64,000 nt of DNA from Nannocystales bacterium (GTDB lineage: Bacteria; Myxococcota_A; Polyangia; Nannocystales; Nannocystaceae), in assembly GCA_050633305.1 (NCBI GenBank), contig JBOEGF010000021.1, positions 50,496-114,495 on the forward strand, written 5' to 3'. Under the pieces are notes generated by a model. That model was not told the DNA's origin. It saw only the letters and a program-made list of their open reading frames with translations, and did no database searches. Of the stretch, positions 47,794 through 57,963 are shown one piece after another. A program made the position numbers and the translations under genes. Numbering within the stretch: position 1 is the first letter of the stretch; each line of letters starts with the position of its first letter.

Positions 47794-48873
47794 ATGGGCC
47801 AGAAAACTCAGTTTACCGGGCAGAAGCTGGACGCGAGGGCGGCCGCACAGGCGCTGGCGTTCGGACCCTTGATCTTTCAAGCCGCACGCTCGCTGCGGGA
47901 CAAGGGAATCCTTCGATTCCTCCTGAGCGAGAAAGGGGGAGCAACCGAGGAGGCCGTCGCCGAGGCGACGGGCGTGTCTTTGTATGCGGCGCGGGTTCTG
48001 CTCGAGGCGGGGCTTGTCGCCGGACTCCTCGACCTCGCCGACGACCGCTACGAGATCACCCTGCTGGGGCGGATGGTGCAGCGTGACCGAATGACGCGCG
48101 TCAACATGGACTTCGTCCACGACGTTTGTTTCAAGGCTGCGTTCCACCTCGATGCTTCGTTGGATCAGGGGCGCCCAGTCGGATTGGCCGAGCTTGGCGG
48201 CGACTGGCCCACGGTCTACGAAGGCCTTCGCGAGTGCACCGACGAGGTGCGCAAAAGTTGGTTCGACTTCGATCACTACTACTCCGACGCGTCCTTCACT
48301 GAAGCGCTCGACATCGTCTTGGCGGCGAAGCCGAAGCGAATTCTCGATGTGGGCGGCAACACGGGCCGTTTCGCGATCGAGTGCACGCAGCGCACGTCGG
48401 ATGTCGAGGTCACGATCATGGACCTTCCGGGACAGCTTCGCGATGCGACGCAGTCGGTTGCGAAGGCGGGCTTGTCCGATCGCGTGTCGATGCATGAGGG
48501 GAACCTCCTCGATCCAACGACCCCAATGCCGCAAGGCTTCGACGCGGTGTGGATGAGTCAGTTCCTCGATTGCTTCTCCGAAGAAGAGATTCTGGGGATT
48601 CTAGGACGGGCCCGAGATGCGCTCGCGCCCGGCGGCAGCCTGTACATCATGGAGACCCTCTGGGACCGCCAGCCGAACGAGACCGCTCGGTTCTGCGTGG
48701 TGAGTACGTCGCTGTACTTCGCGGCCGTGGCCAACGGAAACAGCAAGATGTATCACTCCAAGCGCATCATCGCCCTCGCCGAGGAGGCGGGCTTTCGTGT
48801 CGTGAAGGACGTGAATGGACTCGGGCTTGGGCACACGCTGCTGGCGTGCAGCGCCCAGCCTCACAGCGGGTGA
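47794..48873 (+). CDS. SAM-dependent O-methyltransferase-type enzyme (ApeB-like)
   Basis: LDVGGNTG, MDLPGQL, DAVWMSQFLDCF, ANGNSKMYH. Confidence 0.85.
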   Translation: MGQKTQFTGQKLDARAAAQALAFGPLIFQAARSLRDKGILRFLLSEKGGATEEAVAEATGVSLYAARVLLEAGLVAGLLDLADDRYEITLLGRMVQRDRMTRVNMDFVHDVCFKAAFHLDASLDQGRPVGLAELGGDWPTVYEGLRECTDEVRKSWFDFDHYYSDASFTEALDIVLAAKPKRILDVGGNTGRFAIECTQRTSDVEVTIMDLPGQLRDATQSVAKAGLSDRVSMHEGNLLDPTTPMPQGFDAVWMSQFLDCFSEEEILGILGRARDALAPGGSLYIMETLWDRQPNETARFCVVSTSLYFAAVANGNSKMYHSKRIIALAEEAGFRVVKDVNGLGLGHTLLACSAQPHSG

Positions 48874-49505
48874 AAGTCGGACGTCTCGAGTCGCATCGAG
48901 TAGCCGAACCATCCGTTGTCGAGTTCGATCGGCGGCGGCTTCGACCCGGGCTCGAAGCCTCCCTCGTATCGAACGATGATGGTGCCTTCGGGGGCACCGT
49001 CGAGTCGGGTGTAGTGTCGCTCGTGCAGGCGGCCGCCGGCCCATCGCTCCCGCACATGCTCGCCGTCGATGTCTGATTCTGTCCATCCGTCGGCGGGTAT
49101 CGGGGTGCTCGGCTGCCCCTTGAGAAACACCCGTTGCACGTCCAAGAGGATGAAGGCGGGGTCGAAGGGGAGCTCCCGGTCGATGAACTTCTCGGTGCGG
49201 ACCTCTGCGCCGTTTTGTTCGATCAGCAACGCGCGGGAGCCGTAGGGCGTTAGAACCAGGACGATGAGCTGGTCCTTGTTCTTCTGAACCACGGCCTCGA
49301 AGGAGATCGCTCGTTCACCGTAGGAGCCCTTGGCGTGCTGCCGCACCATGAAGTTGTGCGGACTGGATCCTGGGTCCCGTAGGGTTCCGGGATAGCCGAC
49401 CTGGGGGTCTGGTGTCTTTGTGGGCGGAGGCGGCGGACACCCGAGCGCCACGGCGGCGACAAGAAGGAATGCGGTTCGCGTGAAGCGATGGGGGCGGGCA
49501 GTCAT
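48861..49505 (-). CDS. DUF3261-like lipoprotein (ApeN-like)
   Basis: Lipobox ALGC; LTPYGSRAL and LPFDPAFILLDVQ motifs; position after the MMPL gene; ATGA overlap. Confidence 0.75.
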   Translation of the reverse strand: MTARPHRFTRTAFLLVAAVALGCPPPPPTKTPDPQVGYPGTLRDPGSSPHNFMVRQHAKGSYGERAISFEAVVQKNKDQLIVLVLTPYGSRALLIEQNGAEVRTEKFIDRELPFDPAFILLDVQRVFLKGQPSTPIPADGWTESDIDGEHVRERWAGGRLHERHYTRLDGAPEGTIIVRYEGGFEPGSKPPPIELDNGWFGYSMRLETSDFHPL

Positions 49506-51808
49506 CGAGAGCGCGAGCGGTTGAGAATGACAACGACGGGGGACGAGAGCAGCGCACACGCCACGCCGACGACGACGGAGCGGCCGACCGATGCGAGCGC
49601 GGGGTTGTCGCTCATCGCCAGGAGGCCAAACGAGAGCATCGTGGTCAGCGCCGAGGCAGCGGAGCTGGCAAGTGTGATGGCACGCTCCTGCCGGTCTCCG
49701 CGAGACTCGACCATGAACACGCCATAGTCAGCGCCGATGCTGCAGACCAACAGGAGCGATGCCGCGTGGATAAGGTTGGCCGACGTGTCGACCCAGGCCG
49801 CGGTCGCGAGCGCCCCGCATGCGCCTGCGAGCGCGGGGAAGAATGCGGCCGCGGCGACTCGCCAGCTGCGGTACCAGAGCAGAATCACCAAGGCCACAGC
49901 GCCGAGCCCGAGCGCCATCATTCGAATCATCTCGGCTCGGTAGCGGCCGTACGCGCTGTCGAGGAAGGTCTGCTGGTCGAATAGCTGGACGTCGTTCAGC
50001 TCGGAGAGACGCTCGGCGAGTGCCTCGGAGACCTCGCCTCGAAGCCAGGTGACGACGACAACATCCTCCCCGCCGTCCGTTGCCCGAAGCACGAATGGAG
50101 AGAGAATCTGTTCGAACGGCGTGCTCTCGAAGTCCTCGAGAAGCAGCGGCTTGGCGGGGGCCTGGAGTTCGTCGAAGAAGGGACGGAACGCTTGGTCCAC
50201 GAATCCCTCTGCGCGATACGCCTCCCGCATACGCTGCTGGAAAGCGTCGGAGCGCAAGCGCTCGAGGTTGCTCGACTGCGCCGCGACCGAGGGCAGCCAT
50301 GGGTGCAGCGAACGGAAGCCCTCGAGCTCGCCCTGGGCGGTGGCGGCTTCGAGCACCGCATGGACCTCGTCGTTGCGAGCGAGCGCGGATTCTAGGGATG
50401 GCCCCCGCGCAAGCACCATGCGGGACAGGGGGGCCGCGCCGGTCAGCTCTCGGACCTCGGCATCCTCGGCGAGCATGCCCTCGTCGGCCTGGTACAGGGC
50501 CCGCAAGCCGTCGGACCACTCGAGCGTGGCCGTTCCGACCGCACCAGCGAGCACGGTGGCGCCCAAGACCACACCCATGATGTGTCCTCGTTGCTCGACC
50601 CAACCCAGCAGAGCGTGGCTGTACGCGACCCAGCGGTCACGGATGCGGCGCTTGGGCAGCGTGCCGACGAACGCGGGCACGAGCAGCAGCGTGGCGGTCA
50701 AGCTCCCCGCGATCCCGATCGTGCCCAGCAGAGCGAGCTCGCGCATGCCCGGGAAGCTGGTCAGCGCCATTCCTCCCAGACCCACCGCTGTGGTGAGTGC
50801 ACCCAGCACCAGCCCGGGCCGGACTCGGCGGACGACGTCGGTGACCGATCGGTCACCGCGGTGGTCCAGGTGGAACATGAGGTGGATCGCGTAGTCGACC
50901 CCAACGCCGAGCAGCGCGGAGCCGAACGCGAGAGAGATGCCGTGCAACTCGGGGGTGACGATGGCCGTTCCGGCGAGCCCGAACGCGAATCCGGCCACCG
51001 CCGGGGCGAATGCGAGGATGATCGTTCGCACCCTGCCGAACAGCAGCAGGAACGTCGCGATGATCGCCACGGTGGACGCGACGGAGACCCGCGTGACGTC
51101 GGCTTTGGTGCGGGTCTCGGCGGCGAGCGCGAACCGGCCGATTCCACTTTGAAGCAGCTCGAGTCCATCCCCGCTGCGTTCGGCACACGTCGTCAGGAGG
51201 TCCTGAAACCCGCGCTGTGCCGCGCCGTTGAATGCGGAGTCTCCCGTTCGAACGAAGAGGATGGCTGCACTGCCGTCGGCCGTGACGAACTGCCCTCGCT
51301 CAACCCGGAGCTGCTGGGTGTCCCGCAGTCCCTTGAGGAAATCCGGGAAGAGGAGAAGTGGGTCTTTCGGAGCGAGCGGCCGAATCAGGGAGCCCTGCGG
51401 GCCGCCCAGCGTCTGCTTGAGCCGAGCGGCGGACTCATCGAGCTCGGCGGCCTCCGGTGCAGGCAAGTAGAACCGTCGCGGGAAGTAGAGCTCGTGCGTG
51501 GCCTGTTCGGTTTGTTCGTCGATGCCGCTGCGGCTCCACTCGACCAACGGGGACTCGAGCAGGCAGCTGTTGAACGCCGGGCCCGTGCTCGCGGGATCGG
51601 GACCTCGCAAGGCAAGGATGGAGGTTCGAGTCAGCGGGGACGCGGCGAGCTGAGCCGAGATCGTGGACAGCCCCGAATCCAGTCCGCTGGGGATGAAGTG
51701 CCGGATGTCCGTGACAACCCGGAGCCGGGTTGCCGCGAGCAAGCCGGCGATGGCCGCGGCGACGATGAGAAGCCACGCCCGGGCTCGGGGAGACACCGGC
51801 ATGCGCAC
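49502..51808 (-). CDS. MMPL/RND-family exporter (ApeM-like)
   Basis: Two TM bundles with GVGVDYAIH and SIGADYGVF motifs. Confidence 0.88.
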   Translation of the reverse strand: MRMPVSPRARAWLLIVAAAIAGLLAATRLRVVTDIRHFIPSGLDSGLSTISAQLAASPLTRTSILALRGPDPASTGPAFNSCLLESPLVEWSRSGIDEQTEQATHELYFPRRFYLPAPEAAELDESAARLKQTLGGPQGSLIRPLAPKDPLLLFPDFLKGLRDTQQLRVERGQFVTADGSAAILFVRTGDSAFNGAAQRGFQDLLTTCAERSGDGLELLQSGIGRFALAAETRTKADVTRVSVASTVAIIATFLLLFGRVRTIILAFAPAVAGFAFGLAGTAIVTPELHGISLAFGSALLGVGVDYAIHLMFHLDHRGDRSVTDVVRRVRPGLVLGALTTAVGLGGMALTSFPGMRELALLGTIGIAGSLTATLLLVPAFVGTLPKRRIRDRWVAYSHALLGWVEQRGHIMGVVLGATVLAGAVGTATLEWSDGLRALYQADEGMLAEDAEVRELTGAAPLSRMVLARGPSLESALARNDEVHAVLEAATAQGELEGFRSLHPWLPSVAAQSSNLERLRSDAFQQRMREAYRAEGFVDQAFRPFFDELQAPAKPLLLEDFESTPFEQILSPFVLRATDGGEDVVVVTWLRGEVSEALAERLSELNDVQLFDQQTFLDSAYGRYRAEMIRMMALGLGAVALVILLWYRSWRVAAAAFFPALAGACGALATAAWVDTSANLIHAASLLLVCSIGADYGVFMVESRGDRQERAITLASSAASALTTMLSFGLLAMSDNPALASVGRSVVVGVACALLSSPVVVILNRSRSR

Positions 51809-52528
51809 TCAGGAATGCGGGACGGCAAAGTACCGCTCGACGTCTTGGGCCGAGTGCTTGTGCCGGGTGTCGACGTCGAAGAACCGGGTGTCGGACACAT
51901 CGCCGCTGGCTTCTTCGATTCGGAGCTGCTGGAGCTGATCGCCTTTGCCCCGGATCGACATCTTAATCACGATCTTCTTCATGCCTTCGGAACGCGGGGC
52001 CAACTCGAGGGTCCACACGCCTTGGGCGTCAGTGTTGAGCGAGAGGATGAAGTGGGCGTCGAGGGCTGCTCGGTCCCCCGCGAGCAAGGCTCGGAAGCTA
52101 CCGACGAACGACCGAGCCGCAGGGTGGGCATGCAGGTCGATGTGTTCCGTCTTCCCGTTCTCGGCCAGCCAGATGTCGTCTTTGCGAAGCACGACGGAGC
52201 TGGGGTGAGGCTTCTCGACGGCGCGCAGGAGCTGACCGGGCGGGTGAAACCGGACGAAACCGTGGTTGACCAGCGGCACGGCCAGCAACGCGATGGTCTT
52301 GCGTTCTTCGAACCGCGCGAAGAGTCCCGGCATGGTCCGCAACCTCTGCATCAGCTCGTCGACGGTCTGTGGTGCGTCGGAGTTGGGTGCAGCCTCGGCC
52401 GGTGCGTCCGGCTGTGGGCCCGCGTGGACCTGCGCTTGTGCGGCGGTCCCGGTGGCCAACAGTGCGAGACCCACACCGACCACGCGGAGCGGGAGAGCAG
52501 AACGGAACCGAAGCGCCTTGGTGATCAT
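51809..52528 (-). CDS. LolA-like outer-membrane lipoprotein carrier (ApeL-like)
   Basis: Signal peptide; ARFEERKTIALLAVPLVNHG...WTLELAP...IEEASGDVSDTRF. Confidence 0.8.
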   Translation of the reverse strand: MITKALRFRSALPLRVVGVGLALLATGTAAQAQVHAGPQPDAPAEAAPNSDAPQTVDELMQRLRTMPGLFARFEERKTIALLAVPLVNHGFVRFHPPGQLLRAVEKPHPSSVVLRKDDIWLAENGKTEHIDLHAHPAARSFVGSFRALLAGDRAALDAHFILSLNTDAQGVWTLELAPRSEGMKKIVIKMSIRGKGDQLQQLRIEEASGDVSDTRFFDVDTRHKHSAQDVERYFAVPHS

Positions 52529-53457
52529 GCCGTGTCTTGGTCCTTCTTTTGCCAAAAGTCGTAGAAGTTGAACCAGTTGAGGGGTGCGCGCCGAGCCAAG
52601 GCCTCGAGCCGTTGGGAGTATAGCCCAGCCCACTTCTTCAGCCCTTCGTCACGCGCCTTGCGAGGCAGTGTGACCTGGTCGGCAAATCTCTCCGCGTGAA
52701 TCTCGTAGCGGTTTCCGCCGCGGTAGAGCGCTGCCACGAAGTAGACGGGGCACTTGAGGGTGCTTGCCAGGATGAATGGGCCCGCGGGGAAGCGTGCCTC
52801 TTGCCCCATGAACGGGACCGCGATGGACTTTTCATCTTCGGTCCACCTGTCGCAAAGAATCCCGACGTGGCGTCCGCTCTCGAGGCGCTCGCGAATCTTG
52901 AAGATCGCTTCGAGACGTCCATCGGCAAGGTCGATGAGGTTGGCGGCGAGCTTGGGGTTGAGTCGCTCGAGGACGTCGGTGAAGATTCGCGACCCACCGG
53001 TGTTCACCACCGGGACCACATCGAGGGTGCGTTCGCGTGCGAGGCCGGCCAGGGCTTCGAAGCTACCGACGTGAGCGCTCAGCAGGAGCGCTCCGCTCTC
53101 GCGCTGCTGGAGCTCGTCGTAGAGTTCGCGAGGGCCCAGGTCGACTTCGAGGTCGCCGGTCTTCCCCTGAACGAGCAGCAGCCGGTCGAGCGCGACCTGC
53201 CCAAATCGCATGATGTGGGTGAACACGCTGTGGCGCTCGGCGTCGGGTCCGACTCGGCGTCGGAAGTCTCGCGAGGCTCGCCGGGCTCGGGGCGAGCTGA
53301 GGACGTAGTAGGGCATCACGAGCCACAGCAGCGCACGGCCCAAGCGCCTGCCGCCAAGCCCCAACCCCCAGACGAACGTCGCCATGCCGAGCGCGGTGCC
53401 TCGCTCGGGGATGGAGAGCCAGGAGCGTGCCGGCCGTTTGCGAAGGGCGGTGCTCAT
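52525..53457 (-). CDS. LpxL-like lipid acyltransferase (C-terminal half of ApeJ)
   Basis: GALLLSAHVGSFE, LCDR, PFMGQEARFPAGP, PLNWFNFYDFW. Confidence 0.85.
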   Translation of the reverse strand: MSTALRKRPARSWLSIPERGTALGMATFVWGLGLGGRRLGRALLWLVMPYYVLSSPRARRASRDFRRRVGPDAERHSVFTHIMRFGQVALDRLLLVQGKTGDLEVDLGPRELYDELQQRESGALLLSAHVGSFEALAGLARERTLDVVPVVNTGGSRIFTDVLERLNPKLAANLIDLADGRLEAIFKIRERLESGRHVGILCDRWTEDEKSIAVPFMGQEARFPAGPFILASTLKCPVYFVAALYRGGNRYEIHAERFADQVTLPRKARDEGLKKWAGLYSQRLEALARRAPLNWFNFYDFWQKKDQDTA

Positions 53458-54197
53458 GCCGTCGCCTTTGGTCGGAACAGGGAGACGAAGCGCAGCCACA
53501 TGCCCAGGATGACCAATCGGGTGTGCATCCAGGTGATGAGGGCGTTGTCGCGGACCATTCGGAAGTGCGAGATACCGCCCTCGTCGGCGGTCAGGTAGCG
53601 GACCGCCGTTGGGATGTTCACGACCGAGCAGCCGTACCAGACCATCCGCACGCAGACCTCGAGGTCGTAGTCCATGCGGTTGGACGGAACCCGTACCGAC
53701 GTTGCGGCTGCGACCGGATACACGCGGAAACCACACTGCGGATCCTTGATCGCGTCGCTGCCGATCTCGAGGCGAGTCCAAAATGCCGTGAACGCATGCC
53801 CGAACTCGCGACCAGCCGGGCGGGTGTCGTCGAACACGGGGTAGCCGAGCACCAGCGCATCGGGTTGGTCCTGGGACGCGCCCAGGAACTTGGGGATGTC
53901 GTCGAGGTTGTGTTGGAGGTCGGCGTCGACCTGAAGCGCATGGGTGAAGCCGAGCTCCGCGACCTTGGCCAAACCCGTCTTGACGGCGGCACCTTTGCCT
54001 CCGTTGCGGTCGCGCCGAACCAAGGTGATCGCGCCGCTGCGCTCGAGATCTTCGAGGACGCGTCGGTTGGCATCTTCCGACCCATCGTCGACAACAACGA
54101 CCGTCTCCAGGTGTTCCCCAACGCGCCGCACGACCTCTCCGACGGTCTGCGGGTTGTTGTACGAGGGGATCAGGGCGCAGGTGCGGGACGTAGACAT
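53454..54197 (-). CDS. Glycosyltransferase family 2 (N-terminal half of ApeJ)
   Basis: LIPSYN, VVDDGS, NGGKGAA, QVDADLQH, QCGFRVYP. Confidence 0.9.
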   Translation of the reverse strand: MSTSRTCALIPSYNNPQTVGEVVRRVGEHLETVVVVDDGSEDANRRVLEDLERSGAITLVRRDRNGGKGAAVKTGLAKVAELGFTHALQVDADLQHNLDDIPKFLGASQDQPDALVLGYPVFDDTRPAGREFGHAFTAFWTRLEIGSDAIKDPQCGFRVYPVAAATSVRVPSNRMDYDLEVCVRMVWYGCSVVNIPTAVRYLTADEGGISHFRMVRDNALITWMHTRLVILGMWLRFVSLFRPKATA

Positions 54198-54574
54198 CAA
54201 TCCTCCGACTCGGTCGGGGCGAAGCGAAGGATCCCGGTGGCGGCCGGTTCATCCCCCTTGTCGGTGTGTGCGACGAGGGAAAAGCGGACGTCGCGTTCGA
54301 CACGTTCGAGTTCCATGGTCACCTCGACGTTGGGGTCGATGGGGAGCAAGAGCTTGAGTCTGGGCATGCTCTGCCAGTGCTCCAGCGCACTCCACGTCGC
54401 CTGGGCTTCCCGAAGCACGATGTCGGCGATGACGAACGCGGGCAGCACGGGGCGCGTGGGGAAGTGGTCGCGGAACAGCGGGAGGTTGCCGGGGACCAGA
54501 AACCTGCACCGAAGCGAGTTGACGTCAGTCTGTGTGCGCTCGAGTTCGACGAGCGCGTTGCTCTGAGTCGTCAT
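54197..54574 (-). CDS. Hotdog-fold 3-hydroxyacyl-ACP dehydratase-like protein (ApeI-like)
   Basis: FRDHFPTRPVLP motif (FabA/FabZ-like HFP..PxLP). Confidence 0.75.
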   Translation of the reverse strand: MTTQSNALVELERTQTDVNSLRCRFLVPGNLPLFRDHFPTRPVLPAFVIADIVLREAQATWSALEHWQSMPRLKLLLPIDPNVEVTMELERVERDVRFSLVAHTDKGDEPAATGILRFAPTESED

Positions 54575-54604
54575 GGACTTGTTCTTGCGACGAGGGAACC
54601 AACG

Positions 54605-55237
54605 CTAAGATTCGTCGCGCGGGGGGAAAATGCGGACGAACAGGCGGTCGTGGAGCTTGGGAGGATCGTCGTAGTCACGAAACGTGGCCTTGCGAACCGT
54701 GTATTCGATCGTGGATAGCAACCCGATGGCGACGTAGGCGAGGAGGCCCGTATACATCGTCCACCACTCCAGCGGCGCAAACAGGGCCAGCGCGAGCGTC
54801 AGCGCGATGTTGCAGACGAAGAACCAGCACCAAACGATCGTGACGGTGCGGCAGTACTGGACCTTCGGGGGGCTGAGGTCCGGGTCTTGCCGGCGTGCGA
54901 ATGACTCGACCATCGAGACCGGGCCCCGCAGTGACGAGGCAAACAGCACCAGCAGCCCGCCGTTGATCAGGATGGGTACAAGCCGGGCAAACCCTTCATT
55001 CTTCAGCAAGGCACCGAGGCCGAGCACCGCGACGGCCAGCAGAGGAATCTTCGCCATCGGGTTGCTGCCAGGAGCAGAGGGGCCCGTCGCGATCCGCTGA
55101 AACCCATAGATGCCCGCCAGCGTCACCAAGAGGACCAAGCTCGCAGTGCGTGGCGGCCAGTTGACCGAGCTGTAGTAGACCATCCCCGGGTAGAGGACGG
55201 CGAGTGACACCCACGCGATGCTAGCGGCGACCTTCAT
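54605..55237 (-). CDS. COG4648-like membrane protein (ApeG-like)
   Basis: Multiple TM helices; FASSL...SMVESFAR...YCRTVTIVWCWFF...WWTMYTGLLAY. Confidence 0.82.
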   Translation of the reverse strand: MKVAASIAWVSLAVLYPGMVYYSSVNWPPRTASLVLLVTLAGIYGFQRIATGPSAPGSNPMAKIPLLAVAVLGLGALLKNEGFARLVPILINGGLLVLFASSLRGPVSMVESFARRQDPDLSPPKVQYCRTVTIVWCWFFVCNIALTLALALFAPLEWWTMYTGLLAYVAIGLLSTIEYTVRKATFRDYDDPPKLHDRLFVRIFPPRDES

Positions 55238-55256
55238 GGATCACAGCCGCCACAGT

Positions 55257-55511
55257 TCACTGAGCGCGCAGCGTCAAGATGAGCTCCACGACGTCGTCGA
55301 CCGTCTTCAGCTCGCGCAGCGACTCTTCTTCGACCTTCTTGCCGGTGTACTCCTGTAGGTGCACGGCGAGATCGATCGCGTCGATGCTGTCGAGGTCGAG
55401 GTCCTTGAAGAGATGCGTCTGTGGAGCGATCGAGCTTTGCTCGACCTCGAACATCTCGGCCATCTTGTTCGCGAGGAGAGCGAAGACTTCTGTTTTCTCG
55501 TCACTGGGCAC
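55257..55511 (-). CDS. Acyl carrier protein (ApeF-like)
   Basis: LFKDLDLDSIDAIDL phosphopantetheine motif. Confidence 0.9.
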   Translation of the reverse strand: MPSDEKTEVFALLANKMAEMFEVEQSSIAPQTHLFKDLDLDSIDAIDLAVHLQEYTGKKVEEESLRELKTVDDVVELILTLRAQ

Positions 55512-55800
55512 CTTGGCCCTCCTTGGCTGCAGCCTGCGGCCCGCGGGGGTCGTTCTCTCGAATGAACGCCGCGAGGGTGGTGATCGATGCGAACACCGCG
55601 GGAGCGTCTGTCTTCTTGGGATCGATCTTGACTCCGAAACGCCGCTCTATCGCGATCGCGAGTTCGAGCGCATCCACGGAATCCAACCCGAGCCCGTCGA
55701 CGAACAGCGGCGCGCTCGCATCAATGTCCTCGGGCCGAACGTCGTCCAGCATGAGGGCTTCTACGATGAGGTCCCTGACTTCGACTTCAAGAGGTTGCAT
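55501..55800 (-). CDS. Acyl carrier protein (ApeE-like)
   Basis: PLFVDGLGLDSVDALEL motif. Confidence 0.9.
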   Translation of the reverse strand: MQPLEVEVRDLIVEALMLDDVRPEDIDASAPLFVDGLGLDSVDALELAIAIERRFGVKIDPKKTDAPAVFASITTLAAFIRENDPRGPQAAAKEGQGAQ

Positions 55801-56572
55801 GACTCGCTGTCTCCCGCGCGCGCGGCGGCTGAATCTGTAGCAGATTTTGGAGGTGCCGTGTGGCGGCGCGGACTGGGCTCCGACCTGGATTGACGGTGAG
55901 CGGCTCGAGTTCTTCACACGAATACTGAGCGCATTCGAGTGGCATCTCGCCCAGATCGATCTCGCGCGTCAGCGTGCGAGGTGTGCAGCGGATCCGAACT
56001 GGGATGATCGGGACACCCGCACGCGCCGCGCTTTCGATCGGCCCGCGCCGGAACGGGAGTTGGGTACCGAGCGTGGAGCGCCGGGTCTCGGGAAACGCCA
56101 AGACGTTGAAACCCGCCGCCAGGCTCTCGCTGATCGCATCCAGCATCGCTTGGTGCTCTGCGACGCGTCCGGGGCGTGCCGCTGGGACGTAGCCGCACAT
56201 GGTCGCGAGCCCGAAGAAGAAGGGACTGACGTAGTAGGAGCGCTTCACCATGCACACGACGTTGTCGAAGCGCACCGTCATGATGACGGTGTCGAGCAGG
56301 GTCGGGTGGTTGCAGACGATGACCGAGGGAACCGAGGGCGAGATGCTCTCGGACAGCGGCCACGTTGTCTTGAGCAGGCGCAGCTTTGCGAGAACGGTCA
56401 GGAAGATTCTGAAGCCGCCTTGAAGCGTCCTCTGGCAGCGTCGACGCGCCTTGATGCGGTCGAGCGTCGAGAAGAAGACGAATGGCATCACCACCCAGGA
56501 GATCAGCATGCCGCCGAGCGCGAACAAGGCGAAGCACGCGAGCGTGCGGATGGAATGCCAGAGACGGGCCAT
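55787..56572 (-). CDS. PlsC-type lysophospholipid acyltransferase (ApeD-like)
   Basis: N-terminal TM helix, NHPTLLD (HX4D), FPETRRS. Confidence 0.85.
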   Translation of the reverse strand: MARLWHSIRTLACFALFALGGMLISWVVMPFVFFSTLDRIKARRRCQRTLQGGFRIFLTVLAKLRLLKTTWPLSESISPSVPSVIVCNHPTLLDTVIMTVRFDNVVCMVKRSYYVSPFFFGLATMCGYVPAARPGRVAEHQAMLDAISESLAAGFNVLAFPETRRSTLGTQLPFRRGPIESAARAGVPIIPVRIRCTPRTLTREIDLGEMPLECAQYSCEELEPLTVNPGRSPVRAATRHLQNLLQIQPPRARETASHATS

Positions 56573-56589
56573 GGAACGCGTCCGGGAGG

Positions 56590-57963
56590 TTATGCGCCCG
56601 CGATTGCCTCGGCCGCAGCTTCGGGGTCGAGCGATGCCACCAGGTCGTGAGCCGAAGCTTGTGTAACGGTGGCCATCACCATGTCTCCGCGTTGCGCCGT
56701 CCCATCGGTGAGCACGACTTTGCCGTCGATCTCCGGTGCTTGGCCTTCGTGACGGCCGTCGAGCAAGAGCTCGCTCTCGCTGCTGGGGCCGTCGACGAGG
56801 ACGCGGATCGATTGACCGACGAGGTCTGCGTGTCGCTCCGCGCGAATCGCCTCTTGGATCTGCATCAGCTCCGCGGCGCGCTCCGCTGCAATCGCTTCCT
56901 CGACCCGGCCTGGCTTCATCGCCGAGACTGTGCCGTCTTCGCGGGACCAGGGGAACACACCGAGGTGGTCGATGTAGCCTTGGCTGACGAAGTCCTTGAG
57001 TCGCGCGTAGGCCTCGGGGGTCTCGCCCGGGTGGCCAACCAACATGGTGGTTCGCAGCCACAGACGCTGTCCTTCGGAGGTTGTCGCATCCCGCAGCTTC
57101 TCGGCGAGTTCGATCACCGCGCGCTCTCCATAACCGCGGCGCATCACCTTGAGCACGTCGCTGTCGACATGCTGCATCGGGACATCGAGATAGGTCGCGA
57201 CCTTGGGCTGCATCGCGATGCGCTCGATCAGTCCGTCGGTGACGGCTGAAGGGTAGGCGTAGTGCAGCCGGATCCACTCGAGTCCTTCGACTTCGACGAG
57301 CGCGTCGAGAAGCATCTCGAGGTTGGTCGGGACGTCGAGGTCGCTGCCGTATCGGGTGAGGTCCTGTGCGACGAGGCAAACCTCTTTTGTCCCTGCGGCG
57401 ACGAGGGCGTGCACCTCTTGGACGACAGAGAACACGTCCCGGCTACGCTGGGCCCCGCGGAGCTTGGGAATGATGCAGAACCCACAGGGGCGGTCGCAGC
57501 CCTCGGCGATCTTCACATAGGCGGTGTGTCGAACACCGCTGAGCTCGCGCGGCGTTTCGTGGTCGTAGAGGTACGCGCGCTTGGACAACTCGCTAACACC
57601 CAGCCGTTTGCCGTCGCCCCCGAGGACTTTCGCGAGCCCCAGCATGTCGGCCGACCCGAGGAAGTGATCGACCTCGGGCATCTCGGCTGCGAGTTCGGTG
57701 GGGTAGCGCTGGGTCAGGCATCCAGCGACGACGAGCTTCTTCTTCGTGCCTTCTTTGGCCTGAGCGAGTTCGAGGATGGTCTCGATCGATTCCTCTTTTG
57801 CAGCCTCGATGAAGCCGCAGGTGTTGACCACGAGCGTGTCGGCTTCGTCCGCCGAGTCCACGACACTGTGTCCGCCTTGTCGGACCACGCCGAGCATCAC
57901 CTCGGTGTCGACCTGGTTCTTCGGGCAGCCCAGGGAGACGAAGTAGACCTTGCGCGCGTCCAT
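56590..57963 (-). CDS. rimO: Ribosomal protein S12 methylthiotransferase
   Basis: SLGCPKNQVD, VNTCGFI, radical-SAM motif CDRPCGFC, QAPEIDG TRAM domain. Confidence 0.95.
   Translation of the reverse strand: MDARKVYFVSLGCPKNQVDTEVMLGVVRQGGHSVVDSADEADTLVVNTCGFIEAAKEESIETILELAQAKEGTKKKLVVAGCLTQRYPTELAAEMPEVDHFLGSADMLGLAKVLGGDGKRLGVSELSKRAYLYDHETPRELSGVRHTAYVKIAEGCDRPCGFCIIPKLRGAQRSRDVFSVVQEVHALVAAGTKEVCLVAQDLTRYGSDLDVPTNLEMLLDALVEVEGLEWIRLHYAYPSAVTDGLIERIAMQPKVATYLDVPMQHVDSDVLKVMRRGYGERAVIELAEKLRDATTSEGQRLWLRTTMLVGHPGETPEAYARLKDFVSQGYIDHLGVFPWSREDGTVSAMKPGRVEEAIAAERAAELMQIQEAIRAERHADLVGQSIRVLVDGPSSESELLLDGRHEGQAPEIDGKVVLTDGTAQRGDMVMATVTQASAHDLVASLDPEAAAEAIAGA

Noticed and set aside
50582..52564. 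660-aa plus-strand ORF (and similar long ORFs at 32297-34057, 40235-41866, 23452-25002, 25924-27486)
   Set aside because: Antisense shadows of well-supported genes, expected in GC-rich DNA with strong codon bias; no motifs of their own.
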